From the NCBI RefSeq assembly GCF_009914755.1, contig NC_060933.1: a stretch of DNA of 64,000 nucleotides. One strand, written 5' to 3'. Of the stretch, positions 16,641 to 31,475 are shown one piece after another. The position numbers and the translations under genes are program-made. Source of the DNA: the human T2T-CHM13v2.0 reference genome, Homo sapiens. The notes below the pieces were generated by a model. It ran no database searches and was not told the DNA's origin. It was given only the letters and a program-made list of their open reading frames with translations. The first letter of the stretch is position 1; the number at the start of each line of letters is the position of its first letter.

Positions 16641-17345
16641 AAATAAACTCTGCGTCTCTGTTGCTTCTTTGGGTCTCGGAGACCTCAACCCTTTCTTCAG
16701 ATTGCAAACCTTCTTGCCTTCAAGCCTCGGCTCCAACACCAGTCCGGCAGAGGAACCCAGTCTAATGAGGTACGCTCCCTTCCTGCCATTCTCTATTCCA
16801 TTAACCTGTTTCGTGGTAAACGTAGGACTGATCCTCCAAAATTACCTTATTAATTAGCTTACATATTTATTATCTATCTGTCCCACCAGAATGCAGGTTT
16901 CCGGAAGGCAGGGATTTAAAAAAATCTGTTTTGTTCTATGTGATTTTCCCATACCAAGCACCGTGCCCGGCACAAGCTGGGATCCCAGTACACATCTCGG
17001 GACGGAAGAACCGTGTTTCCCTAGAACCCAGTCAGAGGGCAGCTTAGCAATGTGTCACAGGTGGGGCGCCCGCGTTCCGGGCGGACGCACTGGCTCCCCG
17101 GCCGGCGTGGGTGTGGGGCGAGTGGGTGTGTGCGGGGTGTGCGCGGTAGAGCGCGCCAGCGAGCCCGGAGCGCGGAGCTGGGAGGAGCAGCGAGCGCCGC
17201 GCAGAACCCGCAGCGCCGGCCTGGCAGGGCAGCTCGGAGGTGGGTGGGCCGCGCCGCCAGCCCGCTTGCAGGGTCCCCATTGGCCGCCTGCCGGCCGCCC
17301 TCCGCCCAAAAGGCGGCAAGGAGCCGAGAGGCTGCTTCGGAGTGT

Positions 17346-17574
17346 GAGGAGGACAGCCGGACCGAGCCAACGCCGGGGACTTTGTTCCCTCCGCGGAGGG
17401 GACTCGGCAACTCGCAGCGGCAGGGTCTGGGGCCGGCGCCTGGGAGGGATCTGCGCCCCCCACTCACTCCCTAGCTGTGTTCCCGCCGCCGCCCCGGCTA
17501 GTCTCCGGCGCTGGCGCCTATGGTCGGCCTCCGACAGCGCTCCGGAGGGACCGGGGGAGCTCCCAGGCGCCCGG
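17346..17574 (+). other. DAPK1: DAPK1 non-coding exon 1 (start approximate)
   Basis: Matches recalled DAPK1 5'UTR (GGAGGACAGCCGGACCGAGCCAACGCC...); consensus donor CGG|GTGAGT at 17575-17580. Confidence 0.9.
17351..17448 (+). promoter_or_regulatory. DAPK1: Region amplified by the widely used DAPK methylation-specific PCR (98 bp)
   Basis: GGACAGCCGGACCGAGCCAACGCC (17351-17374) and CGGCGCCTGGGAGGG (to 17448) are the unconverted equivalents of the primers as recalled; span is 98 bp. Confidence 0.8.
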
Positions 17575-18436
17575 GTGAGTAGCCAGGCGCGGCTCCCCGG
17601 TCCCCCCGACCCCCGGCGCCAGCTTTTGCTTTCCCAGCCAGGGCGCGGTGGGGTTTGTCCGGGCAGTGCCTCGAGCAACTGGGAAGGCCAAGGCGGAGGG
17701 AAACTTGGCTTCGGGGAGAAGTGCGATCGCAGCCGGGAGGCTTCCCCAGCCCCGCGGGCCGGGTGAGAACAGGTGGCGCCGGCCCGACCAGGCGCTTTGT
17801 GTCGGGGCGCGAGGATCTGGAGCGAACTGCTGCGCCTCGGTGGGCCGCTCCCTTCCCTCCCTTGCTCCCCCGGGCGGCCGCACGCCGGGTCGGCCGGGTA
17901 ACGGAGAGGGAGTCGCCAGGAATGTGGCTCTGGGGACTGCCTCGCTCGGGGAAGGGGAGAGGGTGGCCACGGTGTTAGGAGAGGCGCGGGAGCCGAGAGG
18001 TGGCGCGGGGGTGCCACCGTTGCCGCAGGCTGGAGAGAGATTGCTCCCAGTGAGGCGCGTACCGTCTGGGCGAGGGCTTCATTCTTCCGCGGCGTCCCTG
18101 GAGGTGGGAAAGCTGGGTGGGCATGTGTGCAGAGAAAGGGGAGGCGGGGAGGCCAGTCACTTCCGGAGCCGGTTCTGATCCCAACAGACCGCCCAGCGTT
18201 TGGGGACGCCGACCTCGGGGTGCCGTGGTGCCCGGCCCCACGCGCGCGCGGGGCTGAGGGGTCGGGGGCGTCCCTGGCCGCCCAGCTTTAACAAAGGGTG
18301 CTCCTCTCCACCCCGCGAGGAGGGGCAGCTCCGGAGACCCGGTCTTCAGCGAGCGGGGTCTTAGCGCCGGGGAGGTCTACTTCCTTTTGGGGTTGCCATT
18401 TTACTATTATTATTGCCTTTTTTTTTTCTTCAAAAG

Positions 18437-18606
18437 GACTGGAGACTGATGCATGAGGGGGCTACGGAGGCGCAGGAGCGGTGGTGATGGTCTGGGAAGC
18501 GGAGCTGAAGTGCCCTGGGCTTTGGTGAGGCGTGACAGTTTATCATGACCGTGTTCAGGCAGGAAAACGTGGATGATTACTACGACACCGGCGAGGAACT
18601 TGGCAG
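18437..18606 (+). other. DAPK1: DAPK1 exon 2 (108 nt 5'UTR + 62 nt CDS)
   Basis: Long T tract ~18418-18430, acceptor AG at 18435-18436, donor GT at 18607; matches the recalled mRNA junction ...GCGCCCGG|GACTGGAGACTGATG. Confidence 0.95.
18545..18606 (+). CDS. DAPK1: DAPK1 first coding segment (exon 2, 62 nt, phase-2 end): MTVFRQENVDDYYDTGEELG(S)
   Basis: ATGACCGTGTTCAGGCAGGAAAACGTGGATGATTACTACGACACCGGCGAGGAACTTGGCAG translates to the DAPK1 N-terminus leading into the kinase Gly-rich loop; followed by donor CAG|GTAAAG at 18607. Confidence 0.98.
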
Positions 18607-20704
18607 GTAAAGGGGGTACCAGAAGCGTACCCTTCTGGATTGTGGAAATGCATAACGATGGGGCCATTGGGTGGTAAACAAATGCAGTTTGAATCAGGCG
18701 TCTCCCTCGCCCTTTCTGGAGATGCGCAAATCATAGAGAAAAGAGTTACTAACCCAGCGGTAAACCGCCTGATCCAAGGGCCTGGGGGTGGAGGAGAGGC
18801 AGCAGTTCAGGGCTAGATTATGATGCACAGTATATTGATCCAGTCCCCTGGACAAAATCAGATTTAATTGTCCGTGCTAACTCTTGTCAGCCCTTGCCCT
18901 TCTGTGACAACAGGACAAACACTAAGATTATAATTGCAATTGGAGTTAGCTTTTATGTGTGATTTAAACGGAGGGTACAAACTAATTAATAGGTTTTAAA
19001 AATCTTAGTACTTTACCCTCTATCTAAATTTTCAGTGTAATTTGAGCAAGTATTGGTAGGTGGTAAATGGAGACTTGCCAGATGTTGACATTGGGCTTGG
19101 ATTTTGAAACTTCTTCCAACCAGGAATTTAATTACCTGGTTGGTGTTGGTGGTTGCTTTGGTTTCATTTACAATGTTAAATTTTTAACAAATCAATGAGA
19201 GTCTAATATGGCTATCTGGATTCAGAGCATACCTCCATTGCTGTAGCAGCTGTGATTCTCAGTGTAAAATCTTTCAGTTTCTAGGTAAACAAAGAATAGT
19301 TTCTTTCGGGGCATCTAAGGGCTGATTGCTGTTTCCTTTGACTGTGTATTAGACAGAGTGTTTTGGGCTCTGGTCAACTTTAGTAGAAAACCTAGTTTTC
19401 ATACATACATTTAAAACTGAATTTATGGAATTTGACTGTGGTGTATTTACATTGTGAGTGGAGTAGGCAAAAGGATCTTTAAACAAACAAAATATGTATT
19501 TACTTATATGTGCATTGAAATATGTATTTTCCCATATACATCTGATGTCCTGATACAAAGCTTCCTTTTTCTCCATGAAAAGGAAATTAAAAAACACCCA
19601 CATCCTGGATTGCCTAATGAGAATTATGGAAACTAAGCTTAACTAAATTTTTTTAAAAATTCAAATGATAGTGTAGAATTTTTTTAAAAGTTACTGTAAC
19701 AGAGTATTTCTCTAAATATTTAGTATCGACTGAAAACATAGATGGGGGCCTGTGCTTAGGAAGAGCTCTCTGTATATTGATGATCTGGTGAGTAAATAAG
19801 GAAAGCTCTTCAAACATCACATTTCATGGATATGTTTAAGATTAAAGTTTAAGAGTGTGTGGGTGAAATATTTGGTTTAACTGGAATTAAATAACTTTAC
19901 TGTGGTTTTCAGCAAGATGAGTGGTATTTGGAGTTTTCCTTTGGGACTGGAAGAAAAAAGCAAAAAAATAAATTTTAATTTGATTTGCATAGTGTGGCCT
20001 GATCGTTTAAGTGTTGTTAGAAAGAGAGATGACTAAAATTAGTTGAGATTATTATATTATGGATTAAGTATATTGACCTTATTTTCATTATGATTTTTTG
20101 GTACCATTATGTGTTATGAGAAAGAAATAGAAAAAGAGGCCTCCCTGTGGTTGGCGAAGGGAGTTTTTGATCTTTATTTCGTGGGCGTGATGATGAGGGG
20201 AGGGAGGTGGCTTACTTATTTGTCACTAGCACTTTGATTTGCTCAGTGTACATTTTTGTGTATAACGTTCTCCCCACTGTGCAAGGCAAATTGACAAATT
20301 GTTTATTAAATAATTTGTGTGACCTAGGAATTTTAAAGAAATGCTCTGAAAAACTGGAAGTCTGAAGTTTTTAAAAATGAAATGTACAGACTCATCTATC
20401 TTGTATAACTGCTATTGTTTTTGCCAAAAAATGAGTGAATGATTGTTTTTTGGAAAATTTTTCAAGTCCTGATTTTATGTCTGCCTTGGATGTAGCCACT
20501 TCCTGAAAACAAGTCCTAATGTAAAATGGACATGTAGGAAGATGCTGCTTATATGACATCACGTGTCACTGAGGGAAGATTGGGAGTGGAGGCAGGAGTT
20601 TGGTGGCAGGAAAATGGAAATGGGCAGATATGTGGCACAAATGCAAGGTCATTCTAAGCAGTGAATTACTAGTAGACCAGTATCTAAGATTTAAGACTTT
20701 ACTT

Positions 20705-21052
<348 letters not shown>

Positions 21053-22681
21053 TTAGCAGTCATCTAAATAATAACGATTCACTTACCTTATAAATGTAGT
21101 GAGACAAAGTACATAGCCAGGAGGAAAGATGGGTTTTTGAAGAAGTAGAGTACAAGTATTATTGTTAATGTTATTTTACTTTTAGGAAAATTGAAAATGT
21201 TCGTATTTGTGTGTACTGCCTAAGACTTCTGTAAAAGCTCTCTGTCAACGGTCAGGAACTTTATAGAGTATTGCAACTATTGCAGCAGTCCATCTGCAGC
21301 AGTAATAGAGCAGATGGGCCACTGGACAGATACCCTGGTCCAAAACCTGGCTCTGCAACTTGCCAGTTTTCTTGAACAGGCCATTTACCCACTCTGACAC
21401 TCAGGATTTTCCTCTATGAGAGGTTTAGTGCTTTTTTCATTGCTGTTGTAAAAATAATCTAACTTGTAAAAGTAGTTGATCAGCAGTAGAGAGTTAAACA
21501 AATATAGATATTATCTGTAGACTGGCTGAGACATCTGGGTGCCCCAGGCAAGCTAATAACTTGGCCGGCAAGTCAATATTCTTTAAGTTTCTGTTTACCA
21601 GCTTTGGGAGGGGATGCCTTATAGGAAAAGGGTCATGGGGAGAAGGGTTGCTGACAGCATTCAGCCTCCACTATGATTCTGAATAATGCAGCCCTGGCCT
21701 TGAGCTGGCACACCCTCCAAGCAGAAGCAAGTCCCTGCAGCAGATGCACTTGTTATCTTTAGAAGGGTGCTTGGTGGCCTTCAGTTTTGGCTCCTGGAGG
21801 CCCTTTAGGGTCTCACCCTCTGTCCCAGGAGGCGGAACAAAGAACTGCCTCCATGATGTGTAATAGTCTCTGGGAGGAGTTCTTATAAATCTGCTATTAT
21901 ACCGAGGTGTTTTAATGCCCCAGGATGCCCTAGCATCTCTTATCAGTTGGCACCTCGGGCAGCTGCAGGCTGACTTGCCCCATTGTCGGGCTCTAGTTAC
22001 ACCCTTGGCCGTCGTTCAGCCTAACCTGTGAGCCTCCTGGGCACCTCTCTGTGTACACTGCTTTCCTGAGGGACTGGCCTTCTTTCCTATTGCACCATCT
22101 GACCTTATATGATCTTAAGACCTAAGTCCTACTTCCTTAATGAATCCTTCCACAATGAGTTTCCCCTTTTAAAGTCAAGTGACTTCTCTGAGACTCTCTT
22201 TGTCCATGACCATAGACTGCCCAGTGACATGTTTATCCTGTTTCATGTTTATTAGTCTTGTATTACTCTTTGCAGCCAGCTTGTGAGTTTCTTTGGGGTG
22301 TGCCCTGTGGTTTGGAGTTGTTGTGGTCCTTTCTCCCCATGGTGTGCAGGGTTTCATAGACTTCCTGCAAATTGGTATCTATGATCAATATTGGGATTAA
22401 TGCATGCCTCAATGAGCTAATGCAGTTTGGCAAGTGTAATTTTGAGACCAGAATGGGGATGTAAGATGCAAACGATGATGCTGATGCTGATACTGTTAGA
22501 GAGGCAGTGTGCAGTGTGGAAAAACCTGAGAATGCTCATTTGGAAAGTGGGGAGACACCTACCCTGGTAGAGTGTTGTTAGAATTACAGACGTGGCTTTA
22601 AACATCTGACATGCAGTCTGTCTTTCTAGTCTACAGGTAGATATGCATTTACTGAACACCTACTAAGTGTGATGTGTCTAA

Positions 22682-22896
22682 AATATATATATATGTATAT
22701 GTTTTTTATATATATGTGTGTGTGTATATGTATATATATATATATTTTAGAGACAGGGTCTTACTCTGTTTCCCAGGCTGGAGTGCAGTGGCACAGTCAT
22801 AGCTCACTGTAACCTTGAACTCCTGGGCTCAAGCAGTCCTCCCACCTTGGCCTTCCAAAGCTCTGAGATTATAGGGCAGAGACACTGTGCCTGGCC
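22682..22896 (-). mobile_element. Alu monomer (FRAM/AluJ-like) with (TA)/(TG) tail
   Basis: ~150-nt antisense monomer preceded by TA/TG microsatellite. Confidence 0.85.
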
Positions 22897-24130
22897 TCTA
22901 ATATATCATTTTTATTATTTTTAATAACCTGTTTTCTCCATCACAGCATTTACCACATTGCATAGTAACTGCTTATTTGATGATCTGCTTTCTCCATGGG
23001 GCCATTACCTTGGACTTGCTCCTCACTTTTTATTTCTAATGCCCAGGTTGATGCATGGCACTTAGAAGGCGCTCAGTAAATGCATGCTGTTAGACTAGAC
23101 TGAGTGGATCAATATATGTAAAGCAACTTGAAAGAATATGTATGTATTAGGGCCTCAACAAATGATGGCTTGTGGTGAAGATGAACACTTAGGATATAAT
23201 GGCTGCCGCTCATCAAAATAAAAACTGCTCTTGTTTTTGCATTCTTTGTGGCTGAACAGTAATGAGCACAGCAGCCAAAATTTTCAAGCACAAGATCAGT
23301 TTTAAACAAAACAAATGAAGTGGAGCATTAAATATTTTACATTGGTTTGGATGGTCATTGGAAGCTAATAATTCAAGTTTAAAACATTCCCCTTTCGGCA
23401 TAAAATCCATAGGCATTTTAATTGAAGTAAGAAATTGTCATAAGCCCTGGCAGTCCAAGTGCTTCTCTAGACCGGTTTACTGTGGATTGCAGGAGTCAGT
23501 CCTATGAATAATGGCAACCCTGTGTGGCTCATAGAAGGGGAGAGACTTTCTGGCATGTTTTTTCTTCAGAAATGGGAACCGCAGGCCACCGGTGGGTTTC
23601 TGCATCCTTATAGGACTGTGCTGAATGTGACATTTTTCCTCTTAGCATTTTTGACTCAGAATGCTCTCAGATGTTTCCTCTGATAGGAAAGGGTCCAAAG
23701 TTTTAAGAGAGATAAAGTTCAGCTACATAGATTAAAGGCAACGGTTAGTGATTTTAAAAGTGTGTACATTTTAGGAAGGTCTAATAATAATTTTCCAGGA
23801 TGTGAAGGGAAAGCATGATGGTGTTAGTAAGTGGCAGTTTGGTTGAATGCTTGCTTGCTGGCACTGGGAGTGTGTTGCTGGATTACTAGGGCAGGCATCA
23901 AATTTAGGTTCAAGGGGGCCAGGAACAGAGTAGGTGGAGGTGCTTATTGGTCGGGAAGCCAGGGAACATGGAAGCTCACTTCTTGGTCCCCCATGCTCTT
24001 TTACCCTCAGCTTGTGTCTCCCCGGCCAATGAGGAAACTGAAGGCCCCATATCATTGGTATATGCCTCTGCAAAGCCATGAAAAACTCATAAGAAACCTA
24101 CAGAGATGGATGTCCAGATAAATTCCAGTG

Positions 24131-24463
24131 CACTCATCCCTCGGTATCCATGGCGGATTAGTTCCAGGACCTCTGGGGACACCAGAATCCACAAATGCTG
24201 AAGTCCCTTATATAAAATGGCATAGTATTTGCATATAACTGATGTAATCTTCCCATATATCTTAAATCATCTCTAGATTACTTACAATACTTAGTACAAT
24301 GTAAATGCTAACTAAATAGTAGCATTATAATGTTTAGGGAATAATAACCAGAAAAAAAAGTCTGTATATGTTCAGTACAGATGCAGTTTTTTCCTGAATA
24401 TTTTTGGTACAAGGTTGGTTGAATCCATGGATGCAGAACCCACAGATCCAGAGGGCTGACTGT
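24131..24463. mobile_element. MER2 (Tigger-type DNA element)
   Basis: CATCCCTCGGTATCCATGG...TTCCAGGACC...ATAAAATGGCATAGTATTTGCATATAAC...GAGGGCTGACTGTA. Confidence 0.88.
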
Positions 24464-24849
24464 AGTTGTATACAGGTGTTATATCAGGAGAGGCAACATT
24501 GGCTCTTCCACCTTGTTCTCTTCCCTCCTAGCAGAGTTGTAATCCAGACCACTTCTTTCCAGATGATTAGGGGTGAGGGGCTGAGCTGCTGGATATCTGA
24601 TATCTGGGAGTGGCATGGTCAAGGTCACATTGCCTGACTCAGCAGGGAAATGTGTTAGGAACTTTCATCCTTCATTCTAGCCAACTGCCATGAGTACCTA
24701 ACATTTTGTATAAATTAAGTGAATATTATTTTAGTAGAAATTTATTTCTGATTATGAGACAAAGGAAGCCACTCTTCTGACAAGAGGGGAGTGGTTTCCA
24801 TTGGGGAAGAGTACCCCAGAGAGCTCAGGGACTTTGTTTGTTTGTGTCT

Positions 24850-25458
<609 letters not shown>

Positions 25459-26655
25459 GGGACTTTGACCTGGAAGAAGGCTGAGTGACCAGCATTGCCT
25501 CCCTTCACATTTTATCCACCTGTGTTTAGACAGGTCAAGTGGCTTTCTCCAGGCAGCTGATTAAAAGGTGGCAAGACATGGACCCAGAACCCAGGGCCAG
25601 GCCTATTTCATTATCTGTGCTATTTAGGATTTGGCAGTTTTCCATCTTTGAAAGCCAGATGAAGTTGATATTTAAGAGAGGTGAAGTAGGCAGCCATTTG
25701 GCGCCAATTTATTTCAGCATCTGCATGGAGAAAATGGTTAGGGATAAATAGTAGACCCTTCATGGAAGGTTTTCATTTGAAGCCCAGCCAAAGGCAACAG
25801 GGTCTGCCCTTTGAGCTCAGAACTTTCGCAGGCCTTAACGACACACTGGGACCTTCTTTCCTTTTCCAAATGGCTTCAGCCTTGCAGTTTGGAATGATGT
25901 CAACATGTGGCGTAGTTTTATTCAAGTCCCAAGTTAATGGTTTACCTTTTTAGAAAACTCCAAAAACACTTTCATTGTTATTTAACTTTTGAGTTATGTA
26001 ATGTCTAAGAGTCTTGTCTCTGACCCGTGCACCTACCTGCCACTGACCAACAGTTTCTCATTTCCTTACGCAACAACTAGTCTGGCTAGCTTAGAGTTGG
26101 TGTGTGATTGTTTGAGACTTTATGTGGAAGATAATATTTAATTGTTTTGTTCTGGTTTGTTGGGGTAAATTATACAAATGGAATGCATCCTTTCTCGGCC
26201 TTGAAAGAGGTTATATGACAGTACAATTATAATAAATTCAGTGTATGACTTTGGGTACATTCTATTATAAACGAATTTTTTTAAAGGTGCAGTTAGAAGA
26301 AGGTGGAAGAAAAAAGAAGTTGACACTCCGATTTTCCACATCATCTAACTAAAATGGATTTAAACTAACTTTCTCTAACTATTAAATCTTTCTTAGGTAA
26401 GTACAGTTGTATCCCAGCTCTAGAGTTAATGTGCTGGGTGGGTTTTTACAAATAAAAAATCTAAAACCTAAAATAGTTGTGTTTTATCTTCTGTCCCAAT
26501 CCAAAACAAAACAAAACAATCATGTGATAGTAACTAATCTCTGGAGATACCTGACAAGCGTGGTCCAATAGTGACGCGGGTTTGTCACTTTGGTCTTTAG
26601 GTGACATTGACAGCTGGTGTGGCATATGGATCACACTGTGGTCATTGAAGTATAA

Positions 26656-26970
<315 letters not shown>

Positions 26971-27489
26971 GTTCACGGGGCTTTTACCTTATGTACTACC
27001 TTTCGATGTTTCAGTTGTGAGCTTGAAAAATTTTATTCAGTAACCTAACATATAATTAGAGATGCCAGAGTGGTGGGGAGGGGAGGGAAGGAGGTTGGGA
27101 GAATGTTGTTGATTTTTTTTTTCCCTTTATAAACACATACAACTTTGGACGAAGAACATAATGTTTGAGCAAATGAATGCTTGTAAACTGCCGATCTCTG
27201 AAGTGTGAAAAGTTTATATTGATGGCACTTATATTCATAAGCCTGATGGGTTTTGGCTGGGAAATTTGGCTCGAGGTACGGACTTCTTTTGGGACACATT
27301 TTATTTTTCTGTCAAAACTGCCTGATTATTCTTATTTAGGAAATATGTGATGAATGAGGCTGGCTGGCAAATATTTTAAGTGCAGTTGATATTATAAATT
27401 TTCACCTACAAAAATGAACTACTTTTCATTGTTGAATAGTTATGTCTTAGTTCATTGCTTTTACTTTTGAAACTGTATAAACTTTTCCC

Positions 27490-28108
<619 letters not shown>

Positions 28109-28826
28109 ACGATTGTCAGGATTTTTGAGACCTTACTACAACCCCTGACACCTGACCCACAGTATAGAATTTTCCAGGTGAAAAAGACATGTAGAGAAAG
28201 TCATCAATGCCATTCTTTTTTTTCCCCATTCATGAAAATGATTAGATTTTCCTTTGAGCTGCCTGTCTGTCTGCCTAGCACCTCATATGTCTATCCAGGA
28301 CTGGGCTGCCTCAGAGAGGATAGGTACACCTAAAGCAATGCAAGAAAAAAAGTGGCGGAAGGATACCATGGGACAGGCAGAGAGAAGAGGTCAGAATTTA
28401 GTGTTGATTCAGTTCCGATATTTCCACCCTCCTTTGAGAAGTTTTTCGAAATTGTTTTGCCTCCTCTGTGTAAAGCTCAATTTTTGAGGCCATCTGTGGT
28501 TTATGGGTAAGCAGCAGAAATGTGTGTCTCTGGGAAAGTGATGAAAGGCTGCAACCTTTGGAGTGTAATATTTAATAGACTAGGAATTACAAGCTGTTTG
28601 GCTTTATAAAAACAAAGCTACAGGCGCTGCAGGTATACGTATCCTGTAGAGAACAGACTTTTAATGGGTGCTGCTCATGTTGGAGATGCTGAATGGTATA
28701 TAATACACAGAAGAGCTGTCCTTAGGAATTTGGTAAGGCAAAAAGCGCTAAAAAGTTATTTATTACCTTAAAATAATATTTCATTGGCCTATAAATCAGT
28801 ATAATTGAAAGCACAGCCTGCCAGCA

Positions 28827-29126
28827 TTTTCTTTTCTTTTTTTTTGAAATGGAGTTTTCCTCTTGTTGCTCAGGCTGGAGTGCAATGGCGCAATCTCAGC
28901 TCACCACAACCTCTGCCTCCGGGTTCAAGCGATTCTCCTGCCTCAGCCCCCCGAGTAGCTGGGATTACAGGCATGCACCACCACGCCCCGCTAATTTTAT
29001 ATTTTTAGTAGAGATGGGGTTTCTCCATGTTGGTCAGGCTGGTCTTGAACTCCTGACCTTAGGTGATCCGCCCGCCTCGGCCCCCCACAATGCTGGGATT
29101 ACAGGCGTGAGCCACCGCGCCCGGCC
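28827..29126 (-). mobile_element. Alu (AluSp-like)
   Basis: TSD CCTGCCAGC(A/G)TTTTCTT. Confidence 0.94.
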
Positions 29127-30199
29127 ATCCTGCCAGCGTTTTCTTCTGTGCACTTGGGATGGGAATATAGAAAATTGTCTTCCTAGATATTGGCTTTGCC
29201 ATTCAAAGTCTCTACAGTCAGTGTGTGAACTGCTGGGAGTGATGCCAGAATCTTTCACAGATTTCATTCCTGGGAGCTCTTCTGGCGTCAGATGATCGCG
29301 GTTTCTTTTCCTTCTGCACCACAGCACATGGAGGAGGCCTCTTTCTCACTTGCTCCGTTCCTTTGCCATTCATGGAGGCAGTGGCACCAGTGAGCTCACG
29401 GCCAGGCCGCTTTTGCCCTTTTTCTGACTAAGTCACTATAGATGGACTAAACAGAATATATTTACAGTTCGCCCATTTAGAATCGATAAGGGTGTGCCCC
29501 AGGCTCCATCGTATATTCCATTACATACAGCCTCAGGCATCCGTTTCAATTGTTTGGGAGAGGAAGTGAATTAGCACAAGTGGAATATCTACAGGATGAA
29601 ACGTTGTCAGTCTGTGCGTTCCTCCCCACCCCTTCGTTGGCTGGAAGAGATAACGCTTGACACGTATGGAGCAGACAGGGTAATGTCAGCCTCGTGGCCA
29701 TGGAGAAGCAGGAAGTCCCTTGGTTTTGTTCAGTGTGATTTGGGCATTGAATGAGTAGATCCTGTTTTAAGAATATTACTCATTAATATGAACCATCATT
29801 TTGTAGGTCTTTTAGAAGCAACATTCTCTTTAGTGCAGATAATGCTTATCTGCATTGAGAGAAGTTATAATAACCTGGAGAATGAGAAGGAAATACACAT
29901 GCGAAATGGCCCAGCCGGTTTCTCCTGGCAACCTCTCCAGAGCATGTCCTAGGCTACTCCTCCAGGAAGGCTCCTGCTCTGATTTCCTGTATTCCTTCAC
30001 GATTTGGAGTAGATAACTGGCCACTTGGCATTCTTATTACAGGGGACTTATGCGTGGGATTATTGGCTTCCCCTGTGGACTGTGAGTTTTCTGAGGGTAG
30101 AGAACATGGCCTTTTGTCTCTGGTGTTGGTTGGAATTCAGCTAAGTGCACGGTAAGCCATGTTTATTTCGTTGCCTTATAAAGGTACATATGCAGAAAT

Positions 30200-30420
30200 T
30201 AGAACAGTGTTTCAGGGCTTTGGACCCAAATCCCTGTCTCCACAAAACACATTAGCTGTTACTTTGGGAAAGTCACTTGACTTCTGTGAGATTTAGTTTT
30301 TCTCATCTGTAAAATGGGGATAGTCATCACGGCTAATTCATAAGGTGGTTGTGAGGATGTCTGTGATATGTATAAAGTGCTTGGCACAGTACTAGGCACA
30401 CAGTAAGTGCTTGAGAGGTG
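30200..30420 (+). mobile_element. MIR
   Basis: Core AGTTTTTCTCATCTGTAAAATGGGGATA...GTTGTGAGGAT...AAAGTGCTTGGCACAGT. Confidence 0.85.
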
Positions 30421-31120
30421 GACGCTATTTAACAAGACAGAGCAGGAACGGGAGAGAGAGGGAGAGCGACAGTATAACATGCTTCTGAATCTGTGTTCCC
30501 GGGTCCTACCTCTTCATTCATTCCTGCCCTGGCCTCCCACAGGCAGAGTGCGGGTGAGGGCTCACTTCTCCTCAGTTTCATCCTTCCTCCCTCTCTTCTC
30601 CTCTGCCTGTCTCTCCTTTGGCTCAGCTTGCCTGGTGGGCTCATTCTGCCAAGTTTGCCTTTGCTTGTCTGTTCCATTTTTCTAGGTATCCTTGCCTCCT
30701 TCCGACTGGACTCAGTTTATGTGCCGAGCTCTCTTGGTGAGTCCACCTTATTATGTGCTCATTAGATGATGCTTAGGGTTCCTAAGAAACATATTGACTA
30801 GGAATTTAGCTGTGCATCTGAAAGTTGGCTGCTGAACGCAGAGCTTCAAGGGATACCCTTTTCAAAGTCCACAAGACACCATGGGAAAGGGAGGGAAAAG
30901 CTTCATGTTAAGGAGGATCTGTTAAGATGGGAAGAGATGCATTTAAGGAAGCAGAGACAACTAAAAGCCGCTCTGTAGCCAGGAGGAGTTAGCTGCTCAG
31001 CAAGAAGGCTGCTTGGAAATGCTTTGAGGGATATCATCCTGGTGTTACAGGGAACCTGAGACTATGTGAGCACATAAATTCGTGTTTTTAATGCAGTGTG
31101 CTTCAGTTCCTGAAAGGTAG

Positions 31121-31475
<355 letters not shown>

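Larger units (their letters stand above)
17050..18600. promoter_or_regulatory. DAPK1: CpG island / TATA-less DAPK1 promoter
   Basis: Abrupt switch to very high GC and dense CpG; inverted CCAAT (ATTGG 17279-17283) and GC box CCGCCC (~17302-17307) just upstream of exon 1. DAPK1 promoter hypermethylation in cancer is established. Confidence 0.95.

Noticed and set aside
16891-18241. Long ORFs over the promoter (291, 320, 176, 150 aa)
   Set aside because: Open on both strands, G/P/R/A-rich with no domain; expected from stop-codon scarcity in a CpG island.
21520-21990. Possible hAT-Tip100-type element
   Set aside because: Ends look transposon-like but I cannot assign a family without a Dfam search.
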